Of a DNA stretch of 64,000 bases, positions 1-14,707 are shown piece by piece (position 1 is the stretch's first letter; each line of letters opens with the position of its first letter). This DNA is from Eledone cirrhosa. Its lineage: Eukaryota. The notes below the pieces were generated by a model. It saw only the letters and a program-made list of their open reading frames with translations. It searched no databases and was not told the DNA's origin. Both the position numbers and the translations under genes were made by a program. The DNA is taken from the NCBI GenBank assembly GCA_964016885.1, contig OZ024741.1, positions 246,264,001-246,328,000 of the forward strand. Reading direction: 5' to 3'.

Positions 1-1392
1 AAATTATCTCCCCCTGATTTTTTTACAAATTATCTCCCCCTGATTTTTTTTACAAATTATCTCCGCCGGATTTTTTTAAATATTATCTTCCCTTGGCTTG
101 CGGGAAATTATCTCCCCTTGGACGGCTGAAAATTATCTCCCCTTGGACGGCTGGAAATTATCTCCCCTTGATTTTTTTTACAAATTATCTCCCCCTGATT
201 TTTTTTTACAAATTATCTCCCCCTGATTTTTTTTACAAATTATCTCCCCCTGATTTTTTTTTACAAATTATCTCCCCCTGATTTTTTTTACAAATTATCT
301 CCCCCTGATTTTTTTTACAAATTATCTCCCCCTGATTTTTTTTACAAATTATCTCCCCCTGATTTTTTTTACAAATTATCTCCGCCTGATTTTTTTAAAT
401 ATTATCTTCCCTTGGCTGGCGGGAAATTATCTCCCCTTGGACGGCTGGAAATTATCTGCCCTTGATTTTCTTTTTACAAATTAACTTCCACTGATTTTTT
501 TTACAAATTATCTCCACCTGATTTTTTAAAAATTATCTCCCCTTGGAAGGCTGGAAATTATCTCCCCTTGGCTGGAAATTATCTCCCCTTGGACGGCTAG
601 AAATTATCTCTCTTTGGACGGCTGGAAATTATCACCCCTTGAGTTTTTTACAAATTATCTCCCCCTGATTTTTTTTACAAATCTCCCAGTGATTTTTAAA
701 AAAAAATTATCTTCCCTTCGCTGGCTGGAAATTATCTCCCCTTGGACGCTGGAAATTATAGCCCCTTGGAGGGCTGGAAATTATCTTCCCTTGGACGGCT
801 GGAAATTATCTCCCCTTGATTTTTTTTACAAATTATCTCCCCCTGATTTTTTTTTACAAATTATCTCCCCCTGATTTTTTTTTACAACTTATCTGCGCCT
901 GATTTTTTTAAAAAAATTATCTCCCCTTGGACGGCTGGAAATTATCTCTCCTTGGACGGCTGGAAATTATCTCTCCTTGGACGGCTAGAATTTACCTCTC
1001 CTTGGACGGCTGAAAATTATCTCCCCTTGGACGGCTGGAAATTATCTCCCCTTGATTTTTTTTACAAATTATCTCCCCCTGATTTTTTTTTACAAATTAT
1101 CTCCCCCTGATTTTTTTTTACAAATTATCTCCCCCTGATTTTTTTTTACAAATTATCTCCCCCTGATTTTTTTTACAAATTATCTCCCCCTGATTTTTTT
1201 TTACAAATTATCTCCCCCTGATTTTTTTTTACAAATTATGTCCCCCTGATTTTTTTTTACAAATTATCTCCCCCTAATTTTTTTTTACAAATTATCTCCC
1301 CCTGATTTTTTTTTACAAATTATCTCCCCCTGATTTTTTTTTACAAATTATCTCCGCCTGATTTTTTTTTAAAAATTACCTCCCCTTGGACG

Positions 1393-4300
1393 GCTGGAAA
1401 TTATCTCCCCTTGGACGGCTGGAAATTATCTCCCCTTGGACGGCTAGAAATTATCTCTCCTTGGACGGCTGAAAATTATCTCCCCTTGGACGGCTGCAAA
1501 TTATCTCCCCTTGATTTTTTTTACAAATTATCTCCCCCTGATTTTTTTTACAAATTATCTCCCCCTGATTTTTTTTACAAATTATCTACCCCTGATTTTT
1601 TTTACAAATTATCTCCCCCTGATTTTTTTTTACAAATTATCTCCCCCTGATTTTTTTTTACAAATTATCTCCCCCTGATTTTTCTTTTACAAATTATCTC
1701 CCCCTGATTTTTTTACAAAGTATCCCCCCCTGATTTTTTTTACAATCTCCGCCTGATTTTTTTAAAAATTATCTTCCCTTGGCTGGCGGGAAATTATCTC
1801 CCCTTGGACGGCTGGAAATTATCTCCCCTTGGAAGGATGGAAATTATCTCCCCTTGGACGGCTGGAAATTATCTCCCCTTGCACGGCTGGAAATTATCTC
1901 CCATTGGACGGCTAGAAATTATCTCTCTTTGGACGGCTGGAAATTATCTCCCTTTGATTTTTTTTACAAATTATCTCCCTCTGATTTTTTTTACAAATCT
2001 CCCCCTGATTTTTTAAAAAAAATTATCTCCCCTTCGCTGGCTGGAAATTATCTCCCCTTGGACACTGGAAATTATAGCCCCTTGGAGGGCCGGAAATTAT
2101 CTTCCCTTGGACGGCTGGAAATTATCTCCCACTGATTTTTTTTACAAATTATCTCCGCCTTATTTTTTTAAAAAATTATCTCTCCTTGGACGGCTGGAAA
2201 TTATCTCCCCTTGATTTTTTTTACAAATAATCTCCCCCTGATTTTTTTTTACAAATTATCTCCCCCTGATTTTTTTTTACAAATTATCTACCCCTGATTT
2301 TTTTTACAAATTATCTCCGCCTGATTTTTTAAAATATTATCTTCCCTTGGCTGGCGGGAAATTATCTCCCCTTGGACGGCTGGAAATTATCTGCCCTTGA
2401 TTTTCTTTTTACAAATTATCTTCCACTGATTTTTTTTACAAATTATCTCCACCTGATTTTTTAAAAAATTATCTCCCCTTGGAAGGCTGGAAATTATCTC
2501 CCCTTGGCTGGAAATTATCTCCCCTTGGACGGCTAGAAATTATCTCTCTTTGTACGGCTGGAAATTATCACCCCTTGAGTTTTTTACAAATTATCTCCCC
2601 CTGATATTTTTTACAAATCTCCCAGTGTTTTTTAAAAAAAATTATCTCCCCTTCGCTGGCTGGAAATTATCTCCCCTTGGACGCTGGAAATTATAGCCCC
2701 TTGGAGGGCTGGAAATTATCTTCCCTTGGACGGCTGGAAATTATCTCCCCTTGATTTTTTTTACAAATTATCTCCACCTGATTTTTTTTTACAAATTATC
2801 TCCCCCTGATTTTTTTTTACAACTTATCTGCGCCTGATTTTTTTAAAAAAATTATCTTCCCTTGGACGGCTGGAAATTATCTCCCCTTGGACGGCTGGAA
2901 ATTATCTCTCCTTGGACGGCTAGAATTTACCTCTCCTTGGACGGCTGAAAATTATCTCCCCTTGGACGGCTGGAAATTATCTCCCCTTGATTTTTTTTAC
3001 AAATTATCTCCCCCTGATTTTTTTTTACAAATTATCTCCCCCTGATTTTTTTTTACAAATTATCTCCCCCTGATTTTTTTTTACAAATTATCTCCCCCTG
3101 ATTTTTTTTACAAATTATCTCCCCCTGATTTTTTTACAAATTATCTCCCCTTGGCTGGCTGGAAATTATCTCCCCTTGGAGGCTGGAACTTATGTCCCCT
3201 TGGACGGCTAGAAATTACCTCTCCTTGGACGGCTGGAAAATATGTCTCCTTGGACGGCTGGATATTATCTCCCCTTGGACGGCTGGAAATTATCTCCCCT
3301 TGGACGGCTGGAAATTATCTCCCCTTGGATGGCTAGATATTACCTCCCCTTGGACGGCTGGAAATTATCACCCCTTGATTTTTTTTACAAATTATCTCCC
3401 CCTGATTTTTTTTTACAAATTATCTCCCCCTGATTTTTTTTTACAAATTATCTTCCCCTGATTTTTGTTTACAAATTATCTTCGCCTGGTTTTTTTTTTA
3501 AATTATCTCCCCTTGGACGGCTGGAAATTATCTCCCCTTGGACGGCTAGAAATTACCTCTCCTTGGACGGCTGAAAATTATCTCCCCTTGGACGGCTGGA
3601 AATTATCTCCCCTTGATTTTTTTACAAATTATCTCCCCCTGATTTTTTTTTTACAAATTATCTCCCCCTGATTTTTTTTTTACAAATTATCTCCCCCTGA
3701 TTTTTTTTTACAAATTATCTACCCCTGATTTTTTTTACAAATTATCTCCCCCTGATTTTTTTTACAAATTATCTCCCCCTGATTTTTTTTTACAAATTAT
3801 CTCCCCCTGATTTTTTTACAAATTATCTCCCCCTGATTTTTTTTACAAATTATCTCCGCCTGATTTTTTTAAATATTATCTTCCCTTGGCTGGCGGGAAA
3901 TTATCTCCCCTTGGACGGCTGAAAATTATCTCCCCTTGCACGGCTGGAAATTATCTCCCCTTGATTTTTTTTACAAATTATCTCCCCCTGATTTTTTTTT
4001 ACAAATTATCTCCCCCTGATTTTTTTACAAATTATCTCCCCCTGATTTTTTTTTACAAATTATCTCCCCCTGATTTTTTTTTACAAATTATCTCCCTCTG
4101 ATTTTTTTACAAATTATCTCCCCTTGGCTGGCTGGAAATTATCTCCCCTTGGACGGCTAGAAATTACCTCTCCTTGGACGGCTGGAAAATATGTCTCCTT
4201 GGACGGCTGGATATTATCTCCCCTTGGACGGCTGGAAATTATCTCCCCTTGGACGGATAGATATTACCTCCCCTTGGACGGCTGGAAATTATCTCCCCCT

Positions 4301-7200
4301 GATTTTTTTTACAAATCTCCCAATGATTTTAAAAAAAAAATTATCTCCCCTTCGCTGGCTGGAAATTATCTCCCCTTGGACGCTGGAAATTATAGCCCCT
4401 TGGAGGGCTGGAAATTATCTTCCCTTGGACGGCTGGAAATTATCTCCCATTGATTTTTTTTACAAATTATCTCCCCCTGATTTTTTTTACAAATTATCTC
4501 CCCCTGATTTTTTTTACAAATTATCTACCCCTGATTTTTTTTACAAATTATCTCCCCCTGATTTTTTTTTACAAATTATCTCCCCCTGATTTTTTTTTAC
4601 AAATTATGTCCCCCTGATTTTTTTACAAATTATCTCCCCCTGATTTTTTTTACAATCTCCGCCTGATTTTTTTAAAAATTATCTTCCGTTGGCTGGCTGG
4701 AAATTATCTCCCCTTGGACACTGGAAATTATAGCCCCTTGGAGGGCTGGAAATTATCTTCCCTTGGACGGCTGGAAATTATCTCCCCTTGATTTTTTTTA
4801 CAAATTATCTCCGCCTGATTTTTTTTTACAAATTATCTCCCCCTGATTTTTCTATTACAAATTATCTCCCCCTGATTTTTTTACAAATTATCTCCCCCTG
4901 ATTTTTTTTACAAATTATCTCCGCCTGATTTTTTTAAATATTACCTTCCCTTGGCTGGCGGGAAATTATCTCCCCTTGGACGGCTGGAAATTATCTGCCC
5001 TTGATTTTCTTTTTACAAATTATCTTCCACTGATTTTTTTTACAAATTATCTCCACCTGATTTTTTAAAAAATTATCTCCCCTTGGAAGGCTGGAAATTA
5101 TCTCCCCTTGGACGGCTGGAAATTATCTCCCCTTGGACGGCTAGAAATTATCTCTCCTTGGACGGCTGAAAATTATCTCCCCTTGGACGGCTGCAAATTA
5201 TCTCCCCTTGATTTTTTTTACAAATTATCTCCCCCTGATTTTTTTTACAAATTATCTCCCCCTAATTTTTTTTACAAATTATCTACCCCTGATTTTTTTT
5301 ACAAATTATCTCCCCCTGATTTTTTTTTACAAATTATCTCCCCCTGATTTTTTTTTACAAATTATCTCCCCCTGATTTTTTTTTTACAAATTATCTCCCC
5401 CTGATTTTTTTACAAATTATCTCCCCCTGATTTTTTTTACAATCTCCGCCTGATTTTTTTAAAAATTATCTTCCCTTGGCTGGCGGGAAATTATCTCCCC
5501 TTGGACGGCTGGAAATTATCTCCCCTTGGAAGGATGGAAATTATCTCCCCTTGGACGGCTGGAAATTATCTCCCCTTGCACGGCTGGAAATTATCTCCCC
5601 TTGGCTGGAAATTATCTCCCCTTGGACGGCTAGAAATTATCTCTCTTTGGACGGCTGGAAATTATCTCCCTTTGATTTTTTTTACAAATTATCTCCCTCT
5701 GATTTTTTTTACAAATCTCCCCCTGATTTTTTAAAAAAAATTATCTCCCCTTCGCTGGCTGGAAATTATCTTCCCTTGGACGGCTGGAAATTATCTCCCC
5801 TTGATTTTTTTTACAAATTATCTCCGCCTGATTTTTTTTAAAAATTATCTCTCCTTGGACGGCTGGAAATTATCTCCCCTTGATTTTTTTTACAAATAAT
5901 CTCCCCCTGATTTTTTTTTACAAATTATCTCCCCCTGATTTTTTTTTACAAATTATCTACCCCTGATTTTTTTTTACAAATTATCTCCCCCTGATTTTTT
6001 TTACAAATTATCTCCCCCTGATTTTTCTTTTACAAATTATCTCCCCCTGATTTTTTTACAAATTATCTCCCCCTGATTTTTTTTACAAATTGTCTCTGCC
6101 TGATTTTTTTAAATATTATCTTCCCGTGGCTGGCGGGAAATTACCTCCCCTTGGACGGCTGGAAATTATCTGTCCTTGATTTTCTTTTTACAAATTATCT
6201 TCCACTGATTTTTTTTACAAATTATCTCCACCTGATTTTTAAAAAAATTATCTCCCCTTGGAAGGCTGGAAATTATCTCCCCTTGGCTGGAAATTATCTC
6301 CCCTTGGACGGCTAGAAATTATCTCTCTTTGGACGGCTGGAAATTATCACCCCTTGAGTTTTTTACAAATTATCTCCCCCTGATTTTTTTTACAAATCTC
6401 CCAGTGATTTTTAAAAAAAAATTATCTCCCCTTCGCTGGCTGGAAATTATCTCCCCTTGGACGCTGGAAATTATAGCCCCTTGGAGGGCTGGAAATTATC
6501 TTCCCTTGGACGGCTGGAAATTATCTCCCCTTGATTTTTTTTACAAATTATCTCCCCCTGATTTTTTTTTACAAATTATCTCCCCCTGATTTTTTTTACA
6601 ACTTATCTGCGCCTGATTTTTTTAAAAAAATTATCTCCCCTCGGACGGCTGGAAATTATCTCTCCTTGGACGGCTAGAATTTACCTCTCCTTGGACGGCT
6701 GAAAATTATCTCCCCTTGGACGGCTGGAAATTATCTCCCCTTGATTTTTTTTACAAATTATCTCCCCCTGATTTTTTTTTACAAATTATCTCCCCCTGAT
6801 TTTTTTTTACAAATTATCTCCCCCCTGAATTTTTTACAAATTATCTCCCCTTGGCTGGCTGGAAATTATCTCCCCTTGGAGGCTGGAACTTATCTCCCCT
6901 TGGACGGCTAGAAATTACCTCTCCTTGGACGGCTGGAAAATATGTCTCCTTGGACGGCTGGATATTATCTCCCCTTGGACGGCTGGAAATTATCTCCCCT
7001 TGGACGGCTGGAAATTATCTCCCCTTGGATGGCTAGATATTACCTCCCCTTGGACGGCTGGAAATTATCTCCCCTTGATTTTTTTTACAAATTATCTCCC
7101 CCTGATTTTTTTTTACAAATTATCTCCCCCTGATTTTTTTTTAAAAATTATCTCCCCCTGATTTTTGTTTACAAATTATCTCCGCCTGATTTTTTTTAAA
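1393..7200 (+). repeat. Diverged ~3.7-kb-offset duplication (~1.4-3.5 kb is similar to ~5.1-7.2 kb)
   Basis: ORF offsets 1411/5108 and 1779/5476 are 3697, and 3151/6851 is 3700. Shared rare variants: GGCTGCAAA (~1492/~5189), TACAATCTCCGCC (1741/5438), GGAAGGATGG (1831/5528), TTGCACGG (1879/5576). The copies differ by whole-monomer indels. Boundaries approximate. Confidence 0.8.
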
Positions 7201-8720
7201 AAATTATCTCCCCTTGGACGGCTGGAAATTATCTCCCCTTGGACGGCTGGAAATTATATCTCCTTGGACGGCTAGAATTTACCTCTCCTTGGACGGCTGA
7301 AAATTATCTCCCCTTGGACGGCTGGAAATTATCTCCCCTTGATTTTTTTTACAAATTATCTCCCCCTGATTTTTTTTTACAAATTATCTCCCCCTGATTT
7401 TTTTTTACAAATTATCTCCCCCTGATTTTTTTTTACAAATTATCTCCCCCTGATTTTTTTACAAATTATCTCCCCTTGGCTGGCTGGAAATTATCTCCCC
7501 TTGGAGGCTGGAACTTATCTCCCCTTGGACGGCTAGAAATTACCTCTCCTTGGACGGCTGGAAAATATGTCTCCTTGGACGGCTGGATATTATCTCCCCT
7601 TGGACGGCTGGAAATTATCTCCCCTTGGACGGCTGGAAATTATCTCCCCTTGGATGGCTAGATATTACCTCCCCTTGGACGGCTGGAAATTATCTCCCCT
7701 TGATTTTTTTTACAAATTATCTCCCCCTGATTTTTTTTTACAAATTATCTCCCCCTGATTTTTTTTTACAAATTATCTCCCCCTGATTTTTGTTTACAAA
7801 TTATCTCCGCCTGATTTTTTTTTTAAAATTATCTCCCCTTGGACGGCTGGAAATTATCTCCCCTTGGACGGCTAGAAATTACCTCTCCTTGGACGGCTGA
7901 AAATTATCTCCCCTTGGACGGCTGGAAATTATCTCCCCTTGATTTTTTTACAAATTATCTCCCCCTGATTTTTTTTTTACAAATTATCTCCCCCTGATTT
8001 TTTTTTTACAAATTATCTCCCCCTAATTTTTTTTTACAAATTATCTCCCCCTGATTTTTTTTACAAATTATCTCCCCCCTGATTTTTTTACAAATTATCT
8101 CCCCTTGGCTGGCTGGAAATTATCTCCCCTTGGAGGCTGGAACTTATCTCCCCTTGGACGGCTAGAAATTACCTCTCCTTGGACGGCTGGAAAATATGTC
8201 TCCTTGGACGGCTGGATATTATCTCCCCTTGGACGGCTGGAAATTATCTCCCCTTGGACGGCTGGAAATTATCTCCCCTTGGATGGCTAGATATTACCTC
8301 CCCTTGGACGGCTGGAAATTATCTCCCCTTGATTTTTTTTACAAATTATCTCCCCCTAATTTTTTTTTACAAATTATCTCCCCCTGATATTTTAAAAAAA
8401 ATTATCTCCCCCTGATTTTTGTTTACAAATTATCTCCGCCTGATTTTTTTTAAAAAATTATCTCCCCTTGGACGGCTGGAAATTATCTCCCCTTGGACGG
8501 CTGGAAATTATATCTCCTTGGACGGCTAGAATTTACCTCTCCTTGGACGGCTGAAAATTATCTCCCCTTGATTTTTTTACAAATTATCTCCCCCTGATTT
8601 TTTTTTACAAATTATCTCCCTCTGATTTTTTTTTACAAATTATCTCCCCCTGATTTTTTTTTACAAATTATCTCCCCCTGATTTTTGTTTACAAATTATC
8701 TCCGCCTGATTTTTTTTTTA
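6838..8720 (+). repeat. Three imperfect tandem ~625-629 bp units of about 24 monomers (first unit 9B-5A-5B-5A)
   Basis: Identical ORFs at 6851, 7476 and 8105 (spacing 625 and 629). Monomer lengths counted in the first unit sum to 625 bp. Confidence 0.88.
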
Positions 8721-11700
8721 AAATTATCTCCCCTTGGACGGCTGGAAATTATCTCCCCTCGGACGGCTAGAAATTACCTCTCCTTGGACGGCTGAAAATT
8801 ATCTCCCCTTGGACGGCTGGAAATTATCTCCCCTTGATTTTTTTACAAATTATCTCCCCCTGATTTTTTTTTACAAATTATCTCCCCCTGATTTTTTTTT
8901 AGAAATTATCTACCCCTGATTTTTTTTACAAATTATCTCCCCCTGATTTTTTTTTACAAATTATCTACCCCTGATTTTTTTTACAAATTATCTCCCCCTG
9001 ATTTTTTTTACAAATTATCTCCCCCTGATTTTTTTTTTACAAATTATCTCCCCCTGATTTTTTTACAAATTATCTCCCCCTGATTTTTTTTACAAATTAT
9101 CTCCGCCGGATTTTTTTAAATATTATCTTCCCTTGGCTTGCGGGAAATTATCTCCCCTTGGACAGCTGAAAATTATCTCCCCTTGGACGGCTGGAAATTA
9201 TCTCCCCTTGATTTTTTTTACAAATTATCTCCCCCTGATTTTTTTTTACAAATTATCTCCCCCTGATTTTTTTTACAAATTATCTCCCCCTGATTTTTTT
9301 TTACAAATTATCTCCCCCTGATTTTTTTTACAAATTATCTCCCCCTGATTTTTTTTACAAATTATCTCCCCCTGATTTTTTTTTACAAATTATCTCCCCC
9401 TGATTTTTTTACAAATTATCTCCCCCTGATTTTTTTTACAAATTATCTCCGCCTGATTTTTTAAAATATTATCTCCCCTTGGACGGCTGGAAATTATCTG
9501 CCCTTGATTTTCTTTTTACAAATTAACTTCCACTGATTTTTTTTACAAATTATCTCCACCTGATTTTTTTAAAAATTATCTCCCCTTGGAAGGCTGGAAA
9601 TTATCTCCCCTTGGCTGGAAATTATCTCCCCTTGGACGGCTAGAAATTATCTCTCTTTGGACGGCTGGAAATTATCACCCCTTGAGTTTTTTACAAATTA
9701 TCTCCCCCTGATTTTTTTTACAAATCTCCCAGTGATTTTTAAAAAAAAATTATCTTCCCTTCGCTGGCTGGAAATTATCTCCCCTTGGACGCTGGAAATT
9801 ATAGCCCCTTGGAGGGCTGGAAATTATCTTCCCTTGGACGGCTGGAAATTATCTCCCCTTGATTTTTTTTACAAATTATCTCCCCCTGATTTTTTTTTAC
9901 AAATTATCTCCCCCTGATTTTTTTTACAACTTATCTGCGCCTGATTTTTTTAAAAAAATTATCTCCCCTTGGACGGCTGGAAATTATCTCCCCTTGGACG
10001 GCTGGAAATTATCTCTCCTTGGACGGCTGAAAATTATCTCCCCTTGGACGGCTGGAAATTATCTCCCCTTGATTTTTTTTACAAATTATCTCCCCCTGAT
10101 TTTTTTTACAAATTATCTCCCCCTGATTTTTTTTTACAAATTATCTCCCCCTGATTTTTTTTACAAATTATCTCCCCCTGATTTTTTTACAAATTATCTC
10201 CCCTTGGCTGGCTGGAAATTATCTCCCCTTGGAGGCTGGAACTTATCTCCCCTTGGACGGCTAGAAATTACCTCTCCTTGGACGGCTGGAAAATATGTCT
10301 CCTTGGACGGCTGGATATTATCTCACCTTGGACGGCTAGAAATTATCTCCCCTTGGACGGCAGGAAATTATCTCCCCTTGGATGGCTAGATATTACCTCC
10401 CCTTGGACGGCTGGAAATTATCTCCCCTTGATTTTTTTTACAAATTATCTGCCCCTGATTTTTTTTTACAAATTATCTCCCCCTGATTTTTTTTTACAAA
10501 TTATCTCCCCCTGATTTTTTTTTTAAAATTATCTCCCCTTGGACGGCTGGAAATTATCTCCCCTTGGACGGCTAGAAATTACCTCTCCTTGGACGGCTGA
10601 AAATTATCTCCCCTTGGACGGCTGGAAATTATCTCCCCTTGATTTTTTTACAAATTATTTCCGCCTGATTTTTTTTTACAAATTATCTCCCCCTGATTTT
10701 TTTTTACAAATTATCTACCCCTGATTTTTTTTTACAAATTATCTCCCCCTGATTTTTTTTTACAAATTATCTACCCCTGATTTTTTTTACAAATTATCTC
10801 CCCCTGATTTTTTTTACAAATTATCTCCCCCTGATTTTTTTTTTTACAAATTATCTCCCCCTGATTTTTTTACAAATTATCTCCCCCTGATTTTTTTTAC
10901 AAATTATCTCCGCCGGATTTTTTTAAATATTATCTTCCCTTGGCTGGCGGGAAATTATCTCCCCTTGGACGGCTGAAAATTATCTCCCCTTGGACGGCTG
11001 GAAATTATCTCCCCTTGATTTTTTTTACAAATTATCTCCCCCTGACTTTTTTTTACAAATTATCTCCCCCTGATTTTTTTTACAAATTATCTCCCCCTGA
11101 TTTTTTTACAAATTATCTCCCCTTGGCTGGCTGGAAATTACCTCCCCTTGTAGGCTGGAATTTATCTCCCCTTGGACGGCTAGAAATTACCTCTACTTGG
11201 ACGGCTGGAAAATATGTCTCCTTGGACGGCTGGATATTATCTCCCCTTGGACGGCTGGAAATTATCTCCCCTTGGACGGCTGGAAATTATCTCCCCTTGA
11301 TTTTTTTTACAAATTATCTCCCCCTGATTTTTTTACAAATCTCCCAGTGATTTTTAAAAAAAAATTATCTTCCCTTCGCTGGCTGGAAATTATCTCCCCT
11401 TGGACGCTGGAAATTATAGCCCCTTGGAGGGCTGGAAATTATCTTCCCTTGGACGGCTGGAAATTATCTCCCCTTGATTTTTTTTACAAATTATCTCCCC
11501 CTGATTTTTTTTTACAAATTATCTCCCCCTGATTTTTTTTTACAACTTATCTGCGCCTGATTTTTTTAAAAAAATTATCTCCCCTTGGACGGCTGGAAAT
11601 TATCTCCCCTTGGACGGCTGGAAATTATCTCTCCTTGGACGGCTAGAATTTACCTCTCCTTGGACGGCTGAAAATTATCTCCCCTTGGACGGCTGGAAAT

Positions 11701-12824
11701 TATCTCCCCCTGATTTTTTAAAAAAAATTATCTCCCCTTCGCTGGCTGGAAATTATCTTCCCTTGGACGGCTGGAAATTATCTCCCCTTGATTTTTTTTA
11801 CAAATTATCTCCGCCTGATTTTTTTTAAAAATTATCTCTCCTTGGACGGCTGGAAATTATCTCCCCTTGATTTTTTTTACAAATAATCTCCCCCTGATTT
11901 TTTTTTACAAATTATCTCCCCCTGATTTTTTTTTACAAATTATCTACCCCTGATTTTTTTTTACAAATTATCTCCCCCTGATTTTTTTTACAAATTATCT
12001 CCCCCTGATTTTTCTTTTACAAATTATCTCCCCCTGATTTTTTTACAAATTATCTCCCCCTGATTTTTTTTACAAATTGTCTCTGCCTGATTTTTTTAAA
12101 TATTATCTTCCCGTGGCTGGCGGGAAATTACCTCCCCTTGGACGGCTGGAAATTATCTGTCCTTGATTTTCTTTTTACAAATTATCTTCCACTGATTTTT
12201 TTTACAAATTATCTCCACCTGATTTTTAAAAAAATTATCTCCCCTTGGAAGGCTGGAAATTATCTCCCCTTGGCTGGAAATTATCTCCCCTTGGACGGCT
12301 AGAAATTATCTCTCTTTGGACGGCTGGAAATTATCACCCCTTGAGTTTTTTACAAATTATCTCCCCCTGATTTTTTTTACAAATCTCCCAGTGATTTTTA
12401 AAAAAAAATTATCTCCCCTTCGCTGGCTGGAAATTATCTCCCCTTGGACGCTGGAAATTATAGCCCCTTGGAGGGCTGGAAATTATCTTCCCTTGGACGG
12501 CTGGAAATTATCTCCCCTTGATTTTTTTTACAAATTATCTCCCCCTGATTTTTTTTTACAAATTATCTCCCCCTGATTTTTTTTACAACTTATCTGCGCC
12601 TGATTTTTTTAAAAAAATTATCTCCCCTCGGACGGCTGGAAATTATCTCTCCTTGGACGGCTAGAATTTACCTCTCCTTGGACGGCTGAAAATTATCTCC
12701 CCTTGGACGGCTGGAAATTATCTCCCCTTGATTTTTTTTACAAATTATCTCCCCCTGATTTTTTTTTACAAATTATCTCCCCCTGATTTTTTTTTACAAA
12801 TTATCTCCCCCCTGAATTTTTTAC

Positions 12825-14707
12825 AAATTATCTCCCCTTGGCTGGCTGGAAATTATCTCCCCTTGGAGGCTGGAACTTATCTCCCCTTGGACGGCTAGAA
12901 ATTACCTCTCCTTGGACGGCTGGAAAATATGTCTCCTTGGACGGCTGGATATTATCTCCCCTTGGACGGCTGGAAATTATCTCCCCTTGGACGGCTGGAA
13001 ATTATCTCCCCTTGGATGGCTAGATATTACCTCCCCTTGGACGGCTGGAAATTATCTCCCCTTGATTTTTTTTACAAATTATCTCCCCCTGATTTTTTTT
13101 TACAAATTATCTCCCCCTGATTTTTTTTTAAAAATTATCTCCCCCTGATTTTTGTTTACAAATTATCTCCGCCTGATTTTTTTTAAAAAATTATCTCCCC
13201 TTGGACGGCTGGAAATTATCTCCCCTTGGACGGCTGGAAATTATATCTCCTTGGACGGCTAGAATTTACCTCTCCTTGGACGGCTGAAAATTATCTCCCC
13301 TTGGACGGCTGGAAATTATCTCCCCTTGATTTTTTTTACAAATTATCTCCCCCTGATTTTTTTTTACAAATTATCTCCCCCTGATTTTTTTTTACAAATT
13401 ATCTCCCCCTGATTTTTTTTTACAAATTATCTCCCCCTGATTTTTTTACAAATTATCTCCCCTTGGCTGGCTGGAAATTATCTCCCCTTGGAGGCTGGAA
13501 CTTATCTCCCCTTGGACGGCTAGAAATTACCTCTCCTTGGACGGCTGGAAAATATGTCTCCTTGGACGGCTGGATATTATCTCCCCTTGGACGGCTGGAA
13601 ATTATCTCCCCTTGGACGGCTGGAAATTATCTCCCCTTGGATGGCTAGATATTACCTCCCCTTGGACGGCTGGAAATTATCTCCCCTTGATTTTTTTTAC
13701 AAATTATCTCCCCCTGATTTTTTTTTACAAATTATCTCCCCCTGATTTTTTTTTACAAATTATCTCCCCCTGATTTTTGTTTACAAATTATCTCCGCCTG
13801 ATTTTTTTTTTAAAATTATCTCCCCTTGGACGGCTGGAAATTATCTCCCCTTGGACGGCTAGAAATTACCTCTCCTTGGACGGCTGAAAATTATCTCCCC
13901 TTGGACGGCTGGAAATTATCTCCCCTTGATTTTTTTACAAATTATCTCCCCCTGATTTTTTTTTTACAAATTATCTCCCCCTGATTTTTTTTTTACAAAT
14001 TATCTCCCCCTAATTTTTTTTTACAAATTATCTCCCCCTGATTTTTTTTACAAATTATCTCCCCCCTGATTTTTTTACAAATTATCTCCCCTTGGCTGGC
14101 TGGAAATTATCTCCCCTTGGAGGCTGGAACTTATCTCCCCTTGGACGGCTAGAAATTACCTCTCCTTGGACGGCTGGAAAATATGTCTCCTTGGACGGCT
14201 GGATATTATCTCCCCTTGGACGGCTGGAAATTATCTCCCCTTGGACGGCTGGAAATTATCTCCCCTTGGATGGCTAGATATTACCTCCCCTTGGACGGCT
14301 GGAAATTATCTCCCCTTGATTTTTTTTACAAATTATCTCCCCCTAATTTTTTTTTACAAATTATCTCCCCCTGATATTTTAAAAAAAATTATCTCCCCCT
14401 GATTTTTGTTTACAAATTATCTCCGCCTGATTTTTTTTAAAAAATTATCTCCCCTTGGACGGCTGGAAATTATCTCCCCTTGGACGGCTGGAAATTATAT
14501 CTCCTTGGACGGCTAGAATTTACCTCTCCTTGGACGGCTGAAAATTATCTCCCCTTGATTTTTTTACAAATTATCTCCCCCTGATTTTTTTTTACAAATT
14601 ATCTCCCTCTGATTTTTTTTTACAAATTATCTCCCCCTGATTTTTTTTTACAAATTATCTCCCCCTGATTTTTGTTTACAAATTATCTCCGCCTGATTTT
14701 TTTTTTA
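12825..14707 (+). repeat. Copy of the ~625-bp x3 block
   Basis: Identical ORFs at 12838, 13463 and 14092. Confidence 0.88.

Noticed and set aside
415-423. Chi-like GCTGGCGG and minisatellite-core-like GGCAGGA (~10359) motifs
   Set aside because: These are imperfect short matches arising as point variants of the B tail. No exact GCTGGTGG was seen and there is no bacterial context.
731-775. TTGG-N4-TG in the 24-bp variant TTGGACGCTGG, loosely resembling nematode pairing-centre motifs
   Set aside because: It is a short degenerate similarity recalled from memory, present only in a minor variant, and the organism is unknown.
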